Part shown: in pieces, positions 57,488 through 64,000 of the stretch
How the letters are laid out: each line of letters starts with the position of its first letter
Position numbering within the stretch: position 1 is the stretch's first letter
Assembly: GCA_033442325.1 (NCBI GenBank)
Contig: JAWQFM010000022.1
Location: 124,001-188,000 of the forward strand
Direction of reading: 5' to 3'
Origin: Salpingoeca rosetta
Taxonomy: Eukaryota; Protista; Choanoflagellata
Length of the DNA stretch: 64,000 bases
Translations under genes and position numbers: made by a program
The notes under the pieces: generated by a model
The model's input: the letters and a program-made list of their open reading frames with translations, nothing else
What the model was told of the DNA's origin: nothing
The model's database searches: none

Positions 57488-57630
57488 CTCTGTGTGTGTG
57501 TGTGTGTTCTCCTCCTTTTTCCTCCCCTTGCCTCTCTAAATCTCTAAACAACCCCACGTCAGTAAAGGACTTTCATCATTGCAGCAGAGACAGCGGTCCG
57601 AACGTGTTTGGCGTTCCTCTCCACCACAAG

Positions 57631-57783
57631 TGCATGCACGTGCACAACCCCGAATGTATTCATGTACCGTCACAAAGGAATTAGTGTTGTCTGACTTTTA
57701 TCTTTCACGTCATCGTCAAGACAAGAAGACAAAGAGTCTTGCTCGTGATGTGCTGCATGCACGTGCACAACCCCGAATGTATT
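57631..57783 (+). repeat. Perfect 30-bp direct repeat (57631-57660, 57754-57783) upstream of the pore-forming lectin
   Basis: tgcatgcacgtgcacaaccccgaatgtatt occurs twice and contains the palindrome tgcacgtgca. Confidence 0.9.
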
Positions 57784-58026
57784 GACCGTCAGATTTAAAG
57801 GGGGCGTTCCTAGTCCTCTCCACCTGTCGCCATGGGAGCAAGAAGTGAAGCAAACACAAGCTGTGACGATGATGAGGTGTGACATTTTGAGCTGAGCACA
57901 GCAGCTGCAGTGCTCAGCTCACCACAACTGTCACCATTTTCTCCAAGCCACAAACCGACACCGTCTCACCTTCAAGTCTTCTACAACCCCAATCCAACCC
58001 CAGCCCCATATTTTCAGCCGAGCAAC

Positions 58027-59016
58027 ATGAGCAGCACGTTTGAGCCAGCAACTGATTCACCACTTCCCGTGCCCGGGGTGCAGTACTTTCTCCAGCATGT
58101 CCAATCGGGCAAGTATGTCCACCCGCATGGTGGGTCTGATATGCCGGGAAATGACACCGCCCTGGTCTTGCATCATGGCTTCGACGAGAAGCGGGACGCT
58201 CTGCGCTGGGTCTTCGTCAACGATGCCGAGAACAAGCATCAGCTCAAACACTACTCGAGTGGCAAGTTCGTCCATCCAAAGGGCGGAAAAGTCGGCAAGG
58301 AAGCAACATTGGTTGTGCACAGCAGCCCGGGCCGTCCCGAAACCATGATTGAGATGGTGCAGGAAGACGGCCGCACTTATCTGCGTCATACCGACTCGGA
58401 CTACTACGTCCACCCCCACGGCGGAAGCCCCAACCCAGGCGACAACACGAGACTGGTGTACTACAGTGGATACCGACCCAGTTTGGCTTTCCTCGCCATT
58501 CCCGCTGAAACGCTGTTTGTGGACAGGATTGAAATTCACCAAGCACAGGCGCTCGAGTCTATCAATACGATCACAAGCCTTTCCGACGAGCATAGGAACG
58601 ACACCGACCAGCCCGTGCAGACGTCCATTTCCGTGGCCCTCGAGGAAAGCCTGCAAGATTCCGCCCAGCTCTCCTTTGAAAGATGTTTCGGACTCAAGGT
58701 TGGCAGCGAGTTCGAAGTTGGACTTCCCCTGGTGGGCAAGACCAAGGTCAGCGTCCAATTCTCTGGCAGCTGGAAGAGCAGCACCATCAAGGGCGAAGTG
58801 CGCACCAGCGCGGTCAAGGTGCAAATCAACGAGCATGTCACAATACCGCCCGGGAAGTGCGTGCAGATCCGGATCGACACAAGGCGCTGCACGAAGACGG
58901 CTCCAGCCACGATGTATCTGAGGACTGCTTCAGGCATTGAGGTTCAACGAGAGACGACCGTCACGAGCACCTATCACTACGACCAAGAGGTTCATGTTGT
59001 ACCAGTCACCAACTGA
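58027..59016 (+). CDS. SaroL-1: Beta-trefoil (MytiLec-type) galactose-binding lectin fused to an aerolysin/ETX-MTX2-like pore-forming domain, 329 aa, intronless; matches SaroL-1 as recalled
   Basis: Three repeats carry HPHGG/HPKGG/HPHGG. The Ser/Thr-rich beta C-terminal domain has an amphipathic hairpin FGLKVGSEFEVGLPLVGKTKVSVQFSG. No signal peptide. ATG 58027 to TGA 59016. Confidence 0.88.
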   Translation: MSSTFEPATDSPLPVPGVQYFLQHVQSGKYVHPHGGSDMPGNDTALVLHHGFDEKRDALRWVFVNDAENKHQLKHYSSGKFVHPKGGKVGKEATLVVHSSPGRPETMIEMVQEDGRTYLRHTDSDYYVHPHGGSPNPGDNTRLVYYSGYRPSLAFLAIPAETLFVDRIEIHQAQALESINTITSLSDEHRNDTDQPVQTSISVALEESLQDSAQLSFERCFGLKVGSEFEVGLPLVGKTKVSVQFSGSWKSSTIKGEVRTSAVKVQINEHVTIPPGKCVQIRIDTRRCTKTAPATMYLRTASGIEVQRETTVTSTYHYDQEVHVVPVTN

Positions 59017-59670
59017 TGCAAAGAACATGGCTGACACATGTTGTACCTTCTTGCTGCTTTGTGGGCGGACATCTTTTCCTCTTGTATTGTTCTCTTCGCT
59101 CGTTGGGTTGCGTTTCAACTGCTTTCTTTTTCATGTGTTTTGCCTGGTGTTCTCCGTCATGTCATGTCAATTGCCCCTGCATGTAGTACCCCTGTACTGC
59201 TACAGTCTTCAATCAATGGCTCGATTATTTTTCCTGGTGACGTTCCACGCCTGGTGACGTGAAAAGCGCTTGCCTCGAATGTATGTTTGCACGATACATC
59301 GATGTGACCATCAGCCCCTTCTCTCTTTTGTTTTCTCGATTTCACTCTGAACAGTCCCCACACAATTGTAAAGGGATCAACACGTCTAATGTAACGACAA
59401 AGAAGAACATGTACACGTTGTGAACAAACGCACACACACACACACACACAAGCAGAAGCACACTGTGTACAGCAAACAGTGTAACACATTCGTCGAAAAA
59501 TGATGATGCATGTGGGCTCAAAACACAGCAATGACACAAGCAGTAAGCAAGCAGAGTGCAACATGGCAAAACAAAGCAGAAGATAAACACCTCCGTCTCT
59601 CTATCTCTCTGTCTCATGTGCGTGTAAGAGCTTGACCTCGACCACACCACAGTCATGCACAGTCATGACA

Positions 59671-60936
59671 CTACACCGTGGTGGTTGCGGCGGACGCATG
59701 GTCCGGTGGTCCGCCACTGCCGTGGCTTGCAGCGTTGCCGTTGGTGCTGTTGTTGTTGCTGTTGGCAGCATTACTGCTCACACCGTTGTTGTGACTGCTG
59801 GCGTTGCCACTGCTGTGCCCGTTGCCGTTGCTGCCACTGCCCACCGCCATCGCCGCTGTTGTTGTTGCTGCTGCTGTCGTTGCGGGTGCAGGTGAGGTTG
59901 AGGTTGTCGTCGTCGTCGCTGCTGCCTCCCTCTGCCTGCGGTGCCCGAGACGCGGCAACTTGTCGTGCCGCTCATATGCACGCAGCTGCCACACCATCAG
60001 CTGAAGACGGTTATCGTGTAGCATGTGCGAGTGTGTGTGTGTGTGAGAGAGAGAGAGAGTGTGTGTGCGTGTGTGTGTGAGAGTGTGTGTGAGTGTGCGT
60101 GCGCGCGCGCGTGTGTGTGTGTGTGTGTGAGTGTGAGTGAGTGTGAGTGTGTGTGCGAGTGAGTGTGAGTGTGTGTGTGTGTGGTGTGTGTGTGTGTGTG
60201 CGAGTGAGTGTGCGTGTGTGTGCGTGGAGTGCTTCCTCTGTTCCCTCATCACCACCAGCACCACCTCCATCACACGTCAAGACACTCAAACAGTGACGAC
60301 CAACACTCAATGGCTGCTAGCTCTCGCCACGACCACAACAGTTGTCCTGACCGTGTGGTCGAAGCTGGCGGAGATGAGGCGGTCATCGGAGAGCCACGAG
60401 ACGCAGCACGCAGCGCGGCGGTGGCCCTGGACCAGCGAATGAATGGACCAGTCGTTGATGATTTGTCAGCAAGGGGATGGTGCGACACGTGGCAAAGCAG
60501 CAAACAAGCATACAAGCATACAAGCATACAAGCATACAAGCATACATGGATGTGTGTGTGTGTGTGCGTGTGTCAGAGATGGATACGCTCAGACACGTAG
60601 GCATACACAGACATGCATGTGTACAAGCACACCACCACCAGCAGCACCATCAGCACCATCAGCACCATCAGCAGCCCACCCCAGTGCGGCGTTTTGGCAT
60701 GCGGCCGACGCGAGCGCCCGTGTTGACGTCATAGAGCTTGACGGACCCGCCGTCCGTGGGCACCGCAAGGTGGTGCTTCGTTGGCGATACAGCCATCCTG
60801 ACAGCAGCAGCCGTGGCGGTGGTGGTGGCGGCGGTGGCGGTGGCCGTAGTGAGATGATGTTTGTAGTCTTCTTTTGGTGCAGTCCGAAAGGGCAGAGTGC
60901 ATGCCAACCAGGAGCACACGCATTATGACCACAAAA

Positions 60937-60978
<42 letters not shown>

Positions 60979-61017
60979 CACACACGCACACACACACACG
61001 CACGCACATGCACACGC

Positions 61018-61072
<55 letters not shown>

Positions 61073-62728
61073 TGCATGCACACTTGTTTGCTGGGGAATT
61101 GAGGCGAATAACGCGAAGAGGGGAGCGCATCTTGCGCAAATCCCACATCTGCATTGTATGCACACACGAGGCGTCGCAGCAATCAAGGTGAGAGAACCAA
61201 ACCGAGCCAGCGCACATCCCGTACCGCACCACCACCATCCGCCGCCATCACCACCCTGCGGCTAACCTTGAGTGTGCTGTCTTCGCTGGTCGATGCGACA
61301 ATGTGATCGCTGACGATGGCGGTGGAGTTGACTGCATCGGCGTGCCCCTGGCACACGCTCACCTCCCGAATCGACGACTGATGTGCACAGAGAGGGGCAA
61401 GGGATTGCAACGTGTCGGTGACGGGTGGCAGGTGCGATTGGCGTGGATGTTGTGAGGGGAAGCGTCAACACCGTGGCAGGAAGTGAAATGAATATGAATT
61501 TGGGGCAAGGGAAAACAGGGGCGTTGTGCAAACGATGAAGCAGTGGGCATTAGCGGAATGCAATACGCCAGCATCAGCAGTCACACGTCACATGCACGTC
61601 TCGACACGTGTGTACGCACCTGTCGAAAGTCCCACATGCGGAATGTGGCGTCGCGGGAGCTGGTGATGGCGAACTTGCGGTGCGGATGGCAGCACACGTC
61701 TTGTGTGGAGAAGATGTCATCATTGCACATGTGAGCACGCACCACGCGGACACGCTATAAGAGGGAGGGTTGTCGGGGAGGAACCCAAGCAAGTGGAGCC
61801 GGTCATGACACAAGCAAGCATGCACCTCCACCAAACACACACACTCACACATACAATCACGCACATACATACACACACACAATCACGCACATACGTACAT
61901 ACGCACACACACACAGTTACACACACAATAACGTACATACGCACATACGTACATACGTACACACACACACGCGCGAGCGCACCTGTGAGTTCCTGCTCGT
62001 GTCCGGGCAGTTTGAGGATGGACACGCCGCGGGGAATGTCCCACAGGCGGCCCGTTGCATCATGCGATGCCGTCACGCACTGACGCAAGCAGCGCAAGCG
62101 AGGGTATGGGTGTTCGGGTGAGGGCGAGGCGTGGAGGAGGAGATGGTTGAGGTGGTACATGAGGATTACGTAAGCTGCGACGTGCACACACATACACTCA
62201 CTCACACTCACACACATGCACACACACACGCACACCTGGTTGTCCTGGCAGAGTGCGAGGGAGGAGATGGGCGCTGTGTGACCGACGAATGTGCTGTCGG
62301 GCTGCTTCAACACCACGCCTGCAAGGAAAACAAAAGCCCAAACGAGGAGGAAAGAAGGCAAAGCCGACGCCAGCACATGGGGACGATATCAGCGAGCAAA
62401 GTTGCAAACGCAGCTGACATTCATACAAACCGACACGCGTGTGTGCACGTAGCACTGCTGTGTTGCATGCACCGCACCTTGGCTTGTGTCCTGTCCATCG
62501 CCAACCCCAACGGTCATTCCAATCGAACGCGGGCTGTGGCAATTGTCATTCGTGTGTGTGCGTGTGATGTGATGTGATGCGATGTGTGTGTGTGATGTCA
62601 TGTGTGTGTGATGTCATGTGTGTTGTTGTGGGAATGGCGGTGGTGAGCAGCGAGAAGCGACCGGGGTGGCGCTGACAGAGCACTGGCACAGCAAACACAC
62701 AATGATACAGCAACCATCACGAATAACG

Positions 62729-62766
<38 letters not shown>

Positions 62767-63093
62767 CCACCACCACCATCACTGTCCCACTTTGCCAATT
62801 CCCGGTCGACGAGCCAGCGGTGCACGGCGCCATCGCCGCCGCCGGAGAGGCCAACAAAGTGTGCGGCCTGTGCACCAGGGTCAAGCAGCGTCGCCGTGTT
62901 GGCTGAGGAGCGGTGGCCGCTGTACTGCACAACACACGCCCCACTGTTGACCAGCCACACCCGGCACGTGCGGTCAGCAGACGCACTCACAGCCTGGTGA
63001 GAGCGGAGGAGATGGGAGGTGGGAGAGTATGTACACGTGTGAGTTGGTGTTGAGCGCAGTGTATGAGGACACATGGGCGTGTGTGTGTGTCTC

Positions 63094-63150
<57 letters not shown>

Positions 63151-64000
63151 GTCTCTGTCTCTCTCTGTCTCTCTCTCTGTCTCTGTCTGTGTGTCTCTCT
63201 CTCTTCCTTTCTCTCTCTCTCTGTCTGTCTCTGGGAGCGCACCATGTCGAGGCCGTCAATGACGCTGCTGCAGACGGACCACACGCCATCGGAGTGGCCG
63301 TGCAGCGTGCTCGTGCACGTCCCTGGTTTTGACACAGATGAAATGAAGCAAGTGGTTGTGAGAGACTGCGCAGACGGAAAACGGGTACAACACAACAACA
63401 AACGCACACACCGATGTGTGTGGCGAAGCCTTTGTGCACACACACACAGCAGCAGCAGCAGCATGTGTACAGTATGAACAAAGGACCTTCGATGACAAGC
63501 GGATCGTGACGTGCGAATGTGGAGACGATGCGGTTGGTGGAGGCCTGGTATGCCTTCTGAAGCTTCTTCGACACCTTGCGCCCGCCCTTCTGCTGCAATG
63601 GACCACGCAGAGATGTCGACGGCGGCGTTGTGAGCAGTGTGCGGGCTCGATTTGGTGCAGGTGCTTGACCAACAACTTGCACACCTCACCCACAACCGAC
63701 CACAAGCACATACACATCCAACCACAAGCAACAACAATCAACTACATACATACACATTCACCCACAATCAAACACACTTCAACAAGCACAGCATGCATAT
63801 GCACTTTCTGAAACCCTTTGGCCTGAGGCCGCTCGCAGTACCTTGTCGTCCAAGCGCGCTTCCGTCGCGCTGCCGGCCCGTGGGCGCGGCTGGGTCTGGG
63901 GATGATCAGAGCCCACATCCGGCGAGTCGGGGTACATGGGGATGTACCGCAGGGCAAGGTCCAGCCTGACACCATTGGTGTTGGTGGTGGTAATGGTGGT
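59671..64000 (-). CDS. WDR37: WD40-repeat protein WDR37 homolog, 5' end beyond the window
   Basis: Motifs [62 protein letters not shown] and GHRRAACC. The last exon ends at 59671. Confidence 0.85.

Noticed and set aside
57910-58026. 39-aa N-terminal extension of the lectin ORF
   Set aside because: It begins at a non-ATG codon. The first ATG at 58027, in a caacATG context, is the more likely start.

Overview
Intron-rich eukaryotic genomic DNA in which most introns and UTRs carry (CA)n/(GT)n microsatellites. Gene content and style point to a choanoflagellate, most likely Salpingoeca rosetta (inferred, mainly from the SaroL-1-like lectin). About 20 protein-coding genes were reconstructed by manual splicing: a DH-like+CRIB protein, LRMDA, two alpha/beta hydrolases, a VOC/glyoxalase, a C2orf81/DUF4639 homolog, ASCH, M48 peptidase, an LRR-TM-kinase receptor, a coiled-coil hypothetical, HTTM, phosphoglycerate mutase, a deiodinase-like selenoprotein, a secreted 2OG-Fe(II) oxygenase, KXD1, an internally deleted calcineurin A, an SH2 adaptor, STK11IP-like, a beta-trefoil/aerolysin pore-forming lectin and WDR37. 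Three items stand out. (1) An in-frame TGA at 36680-36682 sits in a deiodinase active-site motif (GSYS-U-PPF) and joins two ORFs into a 5-exon, 424-aa selenoprotein with an unrecognised N-terminal region. (2) A calcineurin A gene jumps from VTVCGD straight to the calmodulin-binding region, with the phosphatase core absent. (3) The pore-forming lectin is intronless and lies in a microsatellite-poor island with a 30-bp upstream direct repeat. Most ORFs in the supplied track are microsatellite artefacts. There are two assembly gaps. No RNA genes, CRISPR arrays or transposons were recognised. All exon models and family assignments were made by eye, without searches.
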